Part shown: one piece after another, positions 33,211 through 55,449 of the stretch
Position numbering within the stretch: the stretch's first letter is position 1
How the letters are laid out: every line of letters begins with the position of its first letter
Source: the human T2T-CHM13v2.0 reference genome, Homo sapiens
NCBI RefSeq assembly: GCF_009914755.1
Contig: NC_060931.1
Reading direction: 5' to 3' (one strand)
Length of the DNA stretch: 64,000 nucleotides
Made by a program: the position numbers and the translations under genes
Notes under the pieces: model-generated
What the model saw: the letters and a program-made list of their open reading frames with translations, nothing else
Databases searched by the model: none
What the model was told of the DNA's origin: nothing

Positions 33211-33439
33211 GAGAAAGGGGCACCAGGAGAAAATGCTTCCAGCTGGATTTCCAGTGAAATGCATATACATTTCTCTCTGCTCCCTCCTGAAAATGGAGCA
33301 ATTCACCTGTTAAGAAATGAAATGTGTGTGTGTTTTCATATGAACATAAAGAACAGAGAAGATGACAGTAGATGAGAGATGCTGAGAAAATTTTGGAAGA
33401 TGGAAAGCAGATAGAGACTACCATTTCTGGGGAGACTAC

Positions 33440-33635
33440 TGCTATGGTCTCAATGTGTGTGTCTTCCCCCAAATTCATAGGCTTGAATTCCTCTCCCGTA
33501 AGGCGATGGTGTTAGGTGGTGAGGCCTTTGAGAGGTGATTACGTCATGAGGGTGGGGCCCTTGCAATGAGATTAGTGCCTTTATAGAAGGTATTCCAGAG
33601 AGTTCTTTCACCCCTTCCACCATGTGAGGACACGG
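33440..33635 (+). mobile_element. MST/MLT1A-type LTR fragment
   Basis: TGCTATGGTCTCAATGT...CCCCAAATTCATA...CCTTCCACCATGTGAGGACAC. Confidence 0.7.
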
Positions 33636-33649
33636 CTCTGAAACACAGG

Positions 33650-36170
33650 CCCATTAAAACAATTAAATGTAATCAGAGATTATAGAACATTTCCCCTCCC
33701 CCACACTTCACCACTACACTGACAGGGCTCCAGTGTAATCACAGTGGATTAGAGCTGAAAGAGCTGCAAATCACAGACTTGCTCTAAGGAGGAATATACA
33801 GGGAATCCCCAAGTCAAGAGACTAGACAAAAGCAAGGACATTTGAGGAGTCTGAAGCTCCTAGTACCTTGAAATACAACAAACATTAAACAGAACCTGAA
33901 TCTTAGCAAGATTCACAGAATCTTCACACTAACGGCTCATTTTTCTCAGTTCCTATTACCTAATACAGCATGTATGGCTGTCAACAAAAAAGTACAAGGT
34001 ATACCAAAAGGCAAGAGAAAACACTCTGAAAAGACAAATTGATGATCAGAACCAGACTCAGATAGGACATAGACAGGGAATTTAAAGAAGAAGACATTGA
34101 TGCAGCCAAGAAACAGGAAACAAAGCTCAACATCACTGATCATTAGAGAAATGCAAATCAAAACCACCGTGAGATACCATGTGTTGAGGGCCCAAATGGA
34201 AAAAAAATAGACAGTATGTAAGAACAGATGGATAAAGTAAGCAGACAAATGGAAACTGTATGAAGGAATCAGAAGGACATGCTAGAAATAAAAATCACAG
34301 AGTAGAAAGGAAGAATGCCTTCAATGAGTTCATCAGTAGACTGCACATGGCCAAGGAGAGAATCAGTGAGCTTGAATACAGATGAATATAATGTCCCAAA
34401 CTGAAATGTAAAGAGAAAAAGGAATTAAAAAAAATCTGAATCCAGAATCTACAGTGAACTCAAACAAATTCACAACAAGAAAAAATCAAACAACCCCATT
34501 AAAAGGTAGGCAAAGAACATGAACAGACACTTCTCCAAAGAAGACATTTATGTGGCCAACAAACATGAAACAAAGCTCAACATCACTGACTATTAGAGAA
34601 ATGCAAATCAAAACCACAGTGAGATACCATCTCATACCAGTCAGAATGGCCATTATTGAAAAGTCAAGAAACAACAGATGCTGGTGAGGTTGTGGAGAAA
34701 TAGGAACGCTTTTACACTGTTGGTGGGAATGTAAATTAGTTCACCCATTGTGGAGATGGTGTGACGATTCCTCAGAGACATAGAACCGGAATACCATTTG
34801 ACCCAGCAATCCCATTACCGGGTATATACCCAAAGTAACATAAATCATGCTATTACAAAGATACATGCATGTGTATGTTCATTGCAGCACTGTTCACAAT
34901 AGCAAAGACACAGAATCAACCTAAATGCCCATCAATGATAGACCGGATAAAGAAAATGTGGTACATATATACACCATGGAATACTATGCAGCCATAAAAA
35001 GGAACGAGATCATATCCTTTACAGGAACATCGACGAAGATGGAGGGGAAGTTGAACAATGAAAACGCATGGACACAGGGAGGGGAACAACACACAGTGGG
35101 GCCTGCTGGGTGGTGGGGTTGGGGGAGGGAGAGCATTAGAACAAATAGCTAATGCATGCTAGGCTTAATACCTAGGTGATGGGTGGATAGGGCAGCAAAC
35201 CACCATGGTACATGTTTACCTATGTAACAAACCTGCACATCCTGCACATGTACCCCAGAACTAAAAATAAAAATTAAAAAAAAAAATCAGGGCAGAACAT
35301 CCAAGAAGTATCGAATAATATCAAAAGTGTGTAAGGCATACTTGGATAAGCAGAGGGAGACGAAAAGAGAAGGAAGCAAAAGAAATATTTCAAGTGGTAA
35401 CGACCAAGAATTTTGCAAAATGAATGACACAAATCCAGGAAGTTCAGAGAACACTAAGCAGGACAAATAACAAAACACCCCAAGGCATATCCTGTCCAGC
35501 TGCAGAAAACCAAAGATAAGGAGAAAAATCTCAAAAGGAATAAAAGAGGGAAAAAAACCCTACCTTATCTGTAAGTGAACAATGATAAGAATTACTGCAG
35601 ACATCTCATCAGAAACCAAGTGAGCAAGAAGAAAATGGAGTAAAATAGTGACAGAAAGAAACCACTGACTTAGAATAGAATTCTGTGAAGTAGTCCTCAA
35701 ACGTGAAGGAGAAATAAAGACTTTCTTAAATAAGCAAAAACAGAGAGAATTCATAGCAGACTTGCTCTGCAAGAAATGTTAAAAGAAGGTCTTCAGAAGA
35801 AGAAAAATGATACAGAGGAAGAACAATGGAGAAGAAATAACTAAAAGTAAAATAAGATCTTTTTAAAAACTCTTAATTGATCTAAAAGATAACTGTTTTT
35901 AAAGAATAACAGTAATTATGTATCAGGTAATTCTAGCAAATGGATCAGTGAAGTGATTGACAGCCATCTCACGGAGTCAGGAAGAAGGAATTGGGAATTC
36001 TGTTACAAGGTATCTTCACTGCATATGAAACAGTACAGTGTTATTTGAAGGTGAATTTGGATTAGCTAAAAATGCATTTTCTAAATTCTAGGACAACCAC
36101 TAAAAATATTTAAAAAGAAATGTGGTTGATATGCTAAGACAGAACATAAAATGCTCAATTAAAACCTGAG
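33650..36170 (+). mobile_element. Old L1M 5'/ORF1 region, containing a younger L1PA 3' segment (about 34437-35287)
   Basis: ORF1-like A-rich sequence; L1PA 3' UTR GCTAATGCATGC...AACCTGCACATCCTGCACATGTACCCCAGAAC followed by poly(A). Confidence 0.8.
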
Positions 36171-36175
36171 AAGTT

Positions 36176-36474
36176 GGCCGGGCACAGTAGCTCACATCTG
36201 TAATCCCAATGTTTTAGAAGGCTGAGGCGGGAGGATTGCTTGAGGCCAGGAGTTTGAGACCAGCCTGGGTAATATACTGAGACTGTGTCTCTACAAACAA
36301 ATACAAAAATTAGGTGGGTGTGGTGTTGTGTGCCTGTAGTCCCAGTTATTTGGGAGGTTAAGGTGGTAGGATGGCTTGAGTCCGGGAGGTTGAGGCTACA
36401 GTGAGCTGTGATGGCACCACTGCACTTCAGCCTGGGTGACAGAGTGAGACCCTGCCTCAAAAAAAAAAAAAAAA

Positions 36475-36508
<34 letters not shown>
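36176..36508 (+). mobile_element. AluJ with A/(AT)n tail
   Basis: Dimer. Confidence 0.9.
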
Positions 36509-36512
<4 letters not shown>

Positions 36513-36833
36513 AAACAACAAGAAGACACCTGAGAAGTCAGAAAAGGAGGCCGGGGGAAGAGAGCTTGGTATTTATTCAGAGAAGGACAAGTAGATCTAA
36601 GAAACAAAACAGAGTTTGGGTTCAGATTTGAAGCCATGATTATTTGAAAATTTTGATATATCAGAAGCTTAGCATTGCAAATCAGTGGGGAAAAGATGCT
36701 GCAAAAACAAGTGGATATTTCTTTGGAAATAAATTTAACTGGATTTCTCCCATAAGCCATCCACATAAATAAATACCATGTACTTTAGTGTGAAATCTTA
36801 TTGCTAGCATTTCTTATGATATATTGATCTATA

Positions 36834-37510
36834 CAGATCATCCCCGATTTACGATGGCTCGACTTACAATTTTTTGACTTTACAATGGTGCAAAAGTGAT
36901 AGGCATTTAGTAAAAACTCTATCTCAGGCACCCAAACAACCATTTTGTTTTTCACTTTTCGTATGGTATTCAATAAATGCCATGAGATATTCAACACTTT
37001 TTTAGAAAATAGGCTTTGTGTGAGAGGATTTTGCCCAATTGTAGGCTAATGTAAGTGTTTTGACCATATTTAAGGTATCCCAGCCTATGCTAGGATGTTC
37101 AGCAGGTTTGCACTAAACGTAATTTCTTTTTTTTTTTTTTTTGAGTTGGAGCTTTGCTCTTGTCACCCATGCTGGAGTGCAGTGGCGCGATCTTGGCTCA
37201 CTGCAACCTCTGCCTCCCGCGTTCAACAATTCTCCTGTCTCAGCCTCCTGAGTAGCTGGGATTACAGGTGCCCGCCACCATGCCCGGCTAATTTTTGTAT
37301 TTTTCAGTAGAGACGGGGTTTCACCATGTTGGCCAGGCTAGTCCTGAACTCCTGACCTCAGGTGATCCACCTGCCTCGGTCTCCCAAAGTGCTGGGATTA
37401 CAGGTTTTAGGCACCATGCCCAGCCTACTAAATGCATTTTTGACTCACATATTTTCAACTTATGATGGGTTCATCGGGATGTAGCCTTATCATAAGCCAA
37501 GGAGTATCTG
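36834..37510. mobile_element. Tigger4-type DNA transposon with an AluS insertion (about 37127-37425, minus)
   Basis: TA|CAGAT...CGATTTACGATGG and ...CATAAGCCAAGGAGTATCTG|TA termini with TA TSD. Confidence 0.75.
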
Positions 37511-37959
37511 TATATCCTTTTGTCTGAAATTTTCAAGAAATCTAACTTATAATTTCAAAACGTTTACAGACTTTACATTAGAGAAGGATGAAACCCGAGT
37601 TCCTAATGGTGGAAGAGCTGGCGAGGAGAGAGACAGTTTTCTCTGCAGAGCCCCAGAAGAGCTCAGAAAATGGAAGCACCTTGTACTGCAAGAGGTGGTG
37701 TGCAGGGCAGGGCTGGGGCCAGCAGATGAGTGGAGGAAATGTAAAAAGAGCAGGTGAGCCCCCAGATTCCCTCCCCAACTGATAGGAGAAGGTAGGTTTA
37801 CTCGCTGGAAAATTATGGGGACAACAGGTGTGGGGATAAGGTGCCATCTGGAAGGGTAGATGATTAAAATGTTGGAAGAATGGGATTCAGAAGTGGGGAG
37901 GGGCAGGCTACAGGACTGCTATTTTTTATTTTAAGTCATGTGATAGTATTTGATGTTTT

Positions 37960-38303
<344 letters not shown>

Positions 38304-38879
38304 TAAAAATAGAAAGCAAGCTTAAAAACAAAGAAAACAACCGCAACCTAAAATTAAGGTCTCTTCTGGATGTGGTCATTGGAATGGCTTTCTCCACTGT
38401 GGTACAGAATGAAGACCAGGAAGCAGCTACCCAGGGAACGCATAGTCTCACCAGTGGAAAATCCTGCCCCTCAAATCTGCAGGTGTCATGCCCTGCCATA
38501 ATGTCAGTGGGGCCAGGCCTCAGGGAGAATAGGTGTTTGGTCCAGGAAAATAAAGGGTGTTCTTGTAATGACTTCACAATTTCTTCCCAACTTGGTTCTT
38601 CTCTCATTTTTCCCCCTAAACTCAATCATCCATCATTTACCTCGGACTTGCTTCAGGCCACACTATTTATAACAATAGAAGCAGCATTTTTGGCTTGTCA
38701 CCTTTCTCCAATGGAGCCCAGATTGTCTCTAAACCTTTAATGGGCATACAGAGTACCTGGGAACCTTGTTAAAATGCAGTAGGTCTGGGGTGGGGCCTGG
38801 GAGTCTGCCTCATGGGAGCAGCCCCAAGGGGAGGCTAACGCTGGTCCCTGGAACACACTCTGAGTAGCAAAAGGACTTG

Positions 38880-40610
<1,731 letters not shown>

Positions 40611-41304
40611 TCTGAAATCACAATAAAACGATCCCTGGCCCGTGGCCCATTAAATGAGGGCCTGCCTCTTGCCTTGAGGGACCCATCTGTTGTCGTCTCT
40701 GCTGTCTGTGATCTCTGTAACCCGTGCATCCATCCTGGCTTGTAGCCGCTGCTCAGAACGCCCCGGTGACGCACCCTTGCCCACAGGACAGCATCTGCCC
40801 TCCTTGGCACAGCACCCCAGGGCTCCTGTGGCCTCCCCTGCCCCATTTCCACGTCCTCACATCTTTTTTCCAGCGCTGACACTAACCACACCACCACGGC
40901 TCTGTGCCTGCCGCTTCGCCTGCTGCTCTGCCAGGCAAAAACCTATTTATTTTCCCAGTCTCATTTCAGCTTCTGTCGGCTCTGGGAGGTCTTTCCTGAC
41001 TCCTTCAGGCAGACCTGTCTGTTCCTGTCCCCAAGGTCTGTCTTCATTTCAAGCATCCATTAGAGCAACTCCATTACTTCGCAACTGACTGTTTATATAT
41101 CTGTCTCCTCCCCGGACAACAGGCTTGCTGGGGCAGGGACTCTGTCTTTTTGTCTTTTTATCCCTAGCAACTCACAGAGTGTCTGTGCGTGTTAGGCTCT
41201 GCGTATGTGTTAAGTGGGTCATGACAGTAATGGGTGTTAATGAATGGGGACCAGCAGAGAGATCGAAGGGCTCTGTAAAGCGTTCACACTTAATTTTAGA
41301 ATTA

Positions 41305-41499
41305 GAGATGGCAAAACCCTGTCTCTACAAAACAAAACAAAAACCAAAAATTAGCTGGGCATGGTGGTGCATGCCTGTAGTCCCAGCTACTCAGGAGGCT
41401 GTGTTGGGAGGATCACTTGAGCCTGGGAGGTGGAGGCTGTAGTGAGCCATGATCCTATCACTGCACTCCAGCCTGGAAGACAGAGCGAGACCCTGTCTC

Positions 41500-41530
<31 letters not shown>
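41305..41530 (+). mobile_element. 5'-truncated AluJ
   Basis: Linker, right arm and poly(A). Confidence 0.88.
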
Positions 41531-41531
<1 letters not shown>

Positions 41532-42886
41532 GAATTGGAAAATGATGCTGTAAGTCACTCTGCTAATGAGTGGCCAGTGTCTCATTTAACTTCCCAGGAG
41601 AAGGGTGCTGGTCTTGTCTCCCATGTCACAGATAGGAAGAAAAGTGCTGAGCAGTTCAATGGTTTGCCCAAGGTCACATGGCCGGTAGGGAGCAGACCAC
41701 ACACTCATGGCACTGGCTGTTCCGTGAATCACAGCAGACGCTGAATCACTAAAATGTCCTTCTGGGACAGGCAAGTCAACAGAGGAAGTGCCCAGTCTGC
41801 CCCGGGCCACCTTTTGACTCAAGCAAGCTTTCTGGCACCTCTCAAATCAGTCCCTGTGGGTGGCCACCCCCTCTCCCATGGAATGGCTCGCCGGGAACGG
41901 GTTAACACCTCAAACACCTAAACACAGCGTTCAGCTCTGTCCAGACACTCTCGACTCCTGCCTGAGATTTTCAGGTTTTAAACAAAACAAAAATCTGATT
42001 CACTGTTTCCAGTCCTACAGGAAACTCAGGTCCTTTATTTATCTGCCACTAAAAAAAAAAAAAAAAAAAAGAAGAAGAAGAAGGAAAAAAAAATCAAACC
42101 AGAAAAAAAGCCCTTTATGTCTTAAAAGGGTTTTGAATGCATCTCGTTTCATACAGCACCAAACATCGTTCATGACGGGGGCTCCAGGATGAAGCCCAGA
42201 CTAAAAGACAGAAGGAAATGAAACGCATTGCAATAAAACACACATGCTAATAAATAAGGGCCTGGGCAATGAATCCAGCTCGGAATATACCACTGGCAAG
42301 AAGAAATGCCCCAAAGCTTTACTTAAACCAAATAATAGAAGAACAGATGGCTCCCCTGGGTCTCTGGGAAAAGTTAATAGATCCAGGAGGCTGCAGATAG
42401 AGGCTTTGTTTGGGATTTGGGCAGAAAACACAAGGCATTCACAAGATTCAAGGTGAAAGAAAGAGGGCTTGTAGATTTAGGGACAGGGACATTTTCATCA
42501 GATAACGAAAATAGATATGTCTGGATATCTCTGCTGGGTTTCCACAGGCTGCAGGGCACGTGCCCTCTCCAGAAATTAACCAGGGCTGCGCTCGGCAGCA
42601 TGCTAGGGAGACCGACTGCTTCTAGCTGCCCAACTGGAGAATTAATTTAACTCCAGAGATTTGGATAATAAGAAAGAACCCTTAAAGGAGATAAAAATTT
42701 ACTTTGGGAAGATTTTTGTCCCCACCCATTGTACAGCAGCATCCTTAAGTGGTGGGAACAGTGGGTGGGAACTGGAAGCTCTGGGTTCTATGATGCAAGA
42801 CCCCCCTGGTCACTGATTAGCTGAGTGACCCTGAAGAAAACCTTCAGGCTGCCACCTGCCCAGCGGCTGTTAAGAATGCTGAGATC

Positions 42887-43123
42887 CGTGGACACAGGGA
42901 GGGGAACATCACACACCCGGCCCTGTCGGGGGTTGGGGGGAAGGGGCGGGAGAGCATTAGGACAAATAGCTAATGCATGCGGGGCTTAAAACCTAGATGA
43001 CGGGTTGATGGGTGCAGCAAACCACCATGGCACATGTATACCTATGTAACGAACCTGCACGTCCTGCAAATGTACCCCAGAACTTAGAGTGAAAAAAAAA
43101 AAAAAAGAAAGAAAGAAAAAAAA
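42887..43123 (+). mobile_element. L1PA7/8-type 3' end, copy 1
   Basis: AGAGCATTAGGACAAATAGCTAATGCATGCGGGGCTTAAAACCTAGATGA, poly(A), TSD AAGAATGCTGAGATC. Confidence 0.9.
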
Positions 43124-43139
43124 AAGAATGCTGAGATCC

Positions 43140-43446
43140 GGTTGGGCGCGGTGGCTCAGGCCTGTAATCCCAGCACTTTGGGGGCGGAGGTGGGCGGATC
43201 ATGAGGTCGGAAGATCTAGACCATCCTGGCCAACACGGTGAAACTCCGTCTCTACTAAAAAAAAAAAAATACAAAAAATTCGCCTGGCGTGGTGGCGGGT
43301 GCCTGTAGTCCCAGCTACTCGGGAGGCTGAGGCAGGAGAATGGAGTGAACCCAGGAGGCAGAGCTTGCAGTGAGCGAGATGGCGCCACTGCACTCCAGCC
43401 TGGGAGACACAGCGAGACTCCGTCTCAAAAAAAAAAAAAAAAAAAG
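43140..43446 (+). mobile_element. AluY
   Basis: Y-type diagnostics; TSD AAGAATGCTGAGATC. Confidence 0.9.
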
Positions 43447-43461
43447 AAGAATGCTGAGATC

Positions 43462-43693
43462 TGTGGACACAGGGAGGGGAATATTACACAGTGGGCCCTG
43501 TCGGGGGTTGGGGGGCAAGGGGAGGGAGAGCATTAGGATAAATACCTAATGCATGTGGGGCTTAAAACCTAGATGACAGGTTGATGGGTGCAGCAAACCA
43601 CCATGGCGCATGTATACCTGTGTAACAAACCTGCATGCTCTGCACATGTATCCCAGAACTTAGAGTTTTTAAAAAAAAAAGAGAGAGAGAAAA
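43462..43693 (+). mobile_element. L1PA7/8-type 3' end, copy 2
   Basis: Same 5' truncation point and TSD as copy 1. Confidence 0.9.
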
Positions 43694-44114
43694 AAGAATG
43701 CTGAGATCTTCTAAGCACGGAAGGATCACACCCGCATCCAACCCCCATATTAATCCCCTTTCTCCTCCGCACCAGGGAAATCCAAATGACCTTGTCTTCC
43801 CAGAGTGGGGGGCAGCAAACTGAATCCATTAACAGGGAAAGAAAGGGCTTTCAACCCAACCGGTGAGATGGTTCAGAGGAGTGCGTGACCGACAGGAATC
43901 CACAACTGGAGAGGTCAATTAATAAAAAATAAAACTTCCCCTTTATACCACGGTGCATAAAAACCTCCAGCACCATTTTTCATCTACTTACATTGTCTTG
44001 AGAGCAATTTTGTGTAGTGGCAACGCAGGAATTATTTATCTCCATCTTATTCATGAAGAAATAAAATCTTGGGACAGTGAAGCGATTTGTTCAAGGTCAC
44101 GAGGTCATCACGGA

Positions 44115-44915
<801 letters not shown>

Positions 44916-45308
44916 ATATCGTGGATTTTCAAGGCTGGAAGGGCTCTGGGTCATGCAGGGCAAGTGCAGATGACGGATGGGGCAGCCCAGCTTCCACGTT
45001 CAGATTCACACCCATGGGCAAACGTCAGTGATTGATCACTGAGCTTGGGTCCTCAATGCGGTGCTCCAGCAAGCCATTACTAGTTGATTGGAATTGGCTT
45101 GCTAGATGCAACCCATTTACTGCCCCAAGTCCTGTACAGTCTTCTCATTTGACTTACGAGGAAACTGAGCCCCAGAGGTGAAAGGGAACTTGGCCCAGAC
45201 CATCCAATGGGTCAGTGTCTGAAAACCAAATCCCTCTTTCTGAGCCCAGTGGCCTCTCCAGTGCACTGTGCGGTGCCCTATCTACTGCAGAAAGAATTCC
45301 CCCATCAA

Positions 45309-45623
<315 letters not shown>

Positions 45624-45779
45624 CTATCAAAAGACGCATGAGAATGACATTCTTCATGACCTAGCCTGAGCAAATTTTCTTTTCTGTGCCCAGCAAGCGG
45701 ACAAACTACCAACAGAGAAGTGAAGGACTGTTCCAAGGATCTTAAGTCCGAGTCCCAGGCAGGATGGGATGGAAGAGAG

Positions 45780-47120
<1,341 letters not shown>

Positions 47121-47453
47121 CAGTAGATCAGTCGCACTTGGATAGGAACGGTCCCCGTAGAGAGGGAATACAGAATGGAAGATGCAGCAGAGAGAGAAGA
47201 CAGTTGCTCGAGAAGCGTCTTTGATTGGAGAGAGGTGGGCTCTGGTGCCTGTGCAGAGTGGGCCTTGGCAGGTGGCAGGATCATCATCTCAGGCACAGGG
47301 CAGGGCGAAGTGCCAGGCGCAGAGGCAGGAGGCCCTAGGCAGGCGGAAGGGGGAAGTAGGGCCACCAGTGCAGTGGGAGGAGGGCCTCTGAGGCCCATTA
47401 GTCTGACTGCCACAAGACATAAGGTTGATCTTTAAAATATATTTTAAAATTAC

Positions 47454-48303
<850 letters not shown>

Positions 48304-48786
48304 CTAGGTCATGCTCTTCGCCAGTCTAAGACCTCCCCGGGCTCAGAACACTCGGAACAGGGCCCGGTAAAAGGCCGTCCTTTAAGAAGGAGGAGAAACA
48401 TTTTTCAAAGATCGAGAACTCTCCTACGAAGAGCCAAGAGCCTCTGCGTGCCTCAGGGACTCAAACGGGGATCACGGTGCCTGTTCACTGGCAAACAGGG
48501 ACCCCCGTGTCAGCTCGCAGAGGCTCTCCGCAGGGTATCAAGCTGCTTCTTGAAACGCGTCTGAGAATTGAAGTCAGGAGTCTTGGAAGGCGGTGTGAGG
48601 TATCGTTATTATTCTGCTGAACGTTTCCCCCGGAACCAACGATACCTGAATCCCTTTAAAAATAGGCCATTTCTTCTTAGAAGATTTCCACGAATCACAT
48701 AATCCTTACGCAGAGGCAGGCAACGAAGCACTAATGTCAATAACGTTACAGTTTTACTTCACAGCAGCATTTATCCACTGACATAG

Positions 48787-50535
<1,749 letters not shown>

Positions 50536-51112
50536 TATCAAACTTTTTGATGTTTGCCAGTCTGACAGGTGGAAAACGCTATGTCCCTGTTGTATTACTT
50601 CACATGGATTTAATTATAAACGAAGCATGCTGACTGACCTGCTCATATTCCGTGTGTTTGTACCCTTTCACCATTTTTTCCATTGGTTGAATTCTCTAAT
50701 TTTGGGGTCTGGACACTCCCACTGAGGGTCCAGTCCTGTGCCATCCACTGTGCCGAAGGTGGCCATACTCACTCCCAACTGCAGCCGCCTCCACCCCGCA
50801 AGGACAGAGTTGCTAGCTTCGACAGAGACCCTCTGGCTCACAAGGCCTAAAATATTTACTATTTGGAGCTTTCGAGAAAAAGTGTGCCAGTTCCCATGTC
50901 TCATTGGTTTACAAGAGTTCTTAGTAAATTAAGGAAATAGCTCTTTGCCACATATACTCTGTTTTGCTTTTAGCTCATCTCTCTCTGTTCTCCCTCCTGG
51001 CCTCTGAATAAGCAAGTCAGAAGTAAAACTTAAAAGCAGAAGCCTGCAGAACCCCTTGACACATTTGGTGCGTTTGGAAACACTTTGGTCTATGCTAATC
51101 TAGGGGTGGTAT

Positions 51113-51867
<755 letters not shown>

Positions 51868-52587
51868 TTTTTATTTTTTTTTAATCTTGCCTCTTAAGGA
51901 ATGAGGCCAGTCCCAGGGGACGGCAGAAATCATAACCAGCATTATCCTGGCAGGTGTTGCCTTTGATACCACCATGACCGAGGACATGGCATGGGGCAGC
52001 CCCCATTCTGCTGCTGTGATACTTGGGTATAAAGACAGCAAATTCCTCAGTTGCAGAGGGGCAGGAAGGAAGATGACATGCTAGACACAGAAACCACACA
52101 AAGGAGGATGGAGCCCTGTTTGTGAGCATGGATACTACACATGCCCCTCTCTGGCTCTCACACTTGCAAGAATAATGCCCACTAAGGAATGGCCCCGGCT
52201 GGGCCAGGAGGAACCCAGCACTTTGGAGGAATGACTGTGCTTGGAGTAGCAGGACAGGGGAAGAAGAAGTGACAGCCACACAGATGGGACTGGAAGGACT
52301 TTTATCACCCTCTGGCTCTCGGCCACCAACACCTATTACAGAAATGTGACAGCAACCATTATAATCTCTGAGCCCTTGAACAAATCACAACCCAAAAGGT
52401 TACCCTCCCGAAAATAATCACCCCATTAAAACCACTGACCCAGAGAGCGGCAGTCCCTCAAGGAGAGAACGCAGACAAGGCATGGGGCGTGTTCTTTGTA
52501 TGGAGCGTGCAGTGCCCTGGCCGTGATTTTCTTATGTGGCCTGCCACAGGAAGAGGCTGGCATCTGGAATCTGTGCCTTCTAATTTT

Positions 52588-53312
52588 TATTCTTTTCTTT
52601 TTTTTTTTTTTTTTGAGTCGGAGTCTCGCTCTGTTGCCCAGGCTGGAGTGCAGTGGCACGATCTCGGCTCGCTGCAAACTCCGCCTCCGTGGTTCAAGCA
52701 ATACCCCTGCCTCAGCCTCCCGAATAGCTAGGATTACAGGCGCCCGCCACCACCCTGGCATAATTTTTTTTGTATTTTTAGTAGAGACAGAGTTTCACCA
52801 TGTTGGCCAGGCTGGTCTCGAACTCCTGAACACAGGCAATCTGCCCACCTCGGCCTCCCAAAGTGCTGGGATTACAGGCGTGAGCCACCACGCCCAGCTG
52901 CCTTCTAATTTTTCTTTGGCAGAAGAGCATGTTTAAGGGGCTCCCTCGAAGGTTCTCTTTTCCTTCTCTTTTTGTTTCTGTATTTCAATCAATCGATCAA
53001 AATATTTCCTTTCTTTTTTTCGTTTTTTTTTGTTTGAGACAGGGTCTCGCTCTGTCGCCCAAGTTGGAGCGCAGTGGTGTGATCTCGGCTCACTGCAACT
53101 TCTGCATCCCAGACCCAAATGATCCTCCTGCCTCAGCTTCCCAAGTAAGGAGAGACCCCTATGCCTGGCTAATTTTTTAGTATTTTTTTTGTAGAGACAT
53201 GGTCTCATCACGTTGCCCAGGCTGGCTGGTCTGGAACTCCTGGACTCAAGCGATCCTCCTCCTTGGCCTCCCGAAGTGCTGGGATTACAGCCATGAGCCA
53301 CCGTGCCCAGCC
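52588..53312 (-). mobile_element. Two minus-strand Alus (about 52588-52898; 53005-53312)
   Basis: Dimers. Confidence 0.9.
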
Positions 53313-53745
53313 AATCAAGCTATTTTCTAGACTGATTGGGTACTGCCACCACCAAGAGTGAGGGTTTTTCTACAGGGTAGATTGACGGAGCATCAGCTCG
53401 GTCTGTGATTTCCTTGGGCCTCATAATTCCCCCGTAAGATTGAGATTGCAGATAAGGAATCTGAGGTTGCACCAGAAAAAAGTAACGAGGTCCATCCAGC
53501 TGGTGTTTGCGGGGATACCGGCACTGCAGCCCTGGGTCTGGACTCCAGGGTCCAACCTCTGATCTGCTCCAGACCTTAGTCATCACGGCAAAGGTAGTCC
53601 TAGCTCATATGCCGCATTTTCTCATTTTATGCTTGGTGTAACTGACAATACTGAAAATAACCAGTATTGATATCCTGATTTCATTAGAGAAATGACTCTC
53701 AGAGAGCTTAGGTGACGGGAAGCCTGTCTAAGGTCACACGGCTAG

Positions 53746-54700
<955 letters not shown>

Positions 54701-55130
54701 CTAGAACCTGGGCGCCCTCTTGTGACCCTGCCAACCCCTTCCTAGTACAGTGTCCACAGGTGGCTGTCCTGTCCCATCTCCCAGCTCCACACCCCCTTTT
54801 GGTGGGGATGCCCTTCCTCCCTGAGATTTTCAGCACCATCTCGGCCTGGAACCTTCCAGGAATCCCTGGACCTTCTGAGTCCTACCATCACCCAAGCTCA
54901 CTCCCTGCTGCCCTTCCCACTCCTCCTAATTCTTTACCATCTCATGTGTGTCTCAGCCACACTCTGACCACGGTATACACAGACTGTGTGATGAACCTAC
55001 TCAGGGTGGAGCGCTGCTTCTCACATCCCTCCTGAGCCCCCTGCGGCACCAAGTACAAAGCCACTCACACACGCCCACTGATGGATTTAAACAAGCGTGT
55101 CATCTTTAGAAGAGCTTGGTTTAGAAGTCT

Positions 55131-55424
55131 TTTTTTTGAGACAGAGTCACGCTCTGTCACCCAGGCTGGAGTGCAGTGGTACGATCTCAGCTCACTGCAA
55201 CCTCCGCCTCCCCAGTTCAAACCGATTCTCCTGCCTCAGCCTCCTAAGTAGCTGGGACTACAGGTGTGCGCCACCACGCCGGGCTAATTTTTTGTGGGTA
55301 TTTTTAGTAGAGATAGTGTTTTTCCACTTTAGCTAGGCTGGTCTGGAACTCCTGTCCTCGGGTGATCTGCCCGCCTTGGCCTCCCAAAGTGCTGGGATTA
55401 CAGGCATGAGCCACCGCGCCCGTC
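55131..55424 (-). mobile_element. AluS
   Basis: Dimer; TSD about AGAAGTC. Confidence 0.9.
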
Positions 55425-55449
55425 CAGAAGTCATTTTTTAAAATCACAT

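Noticed and set aside
42872-43708. CRISPR-like direct repeats with spacers
   Set aside because: The repeats are retrotransposon TSDs and the spacers are L1 and Alu; this is eukaryotic DNA.
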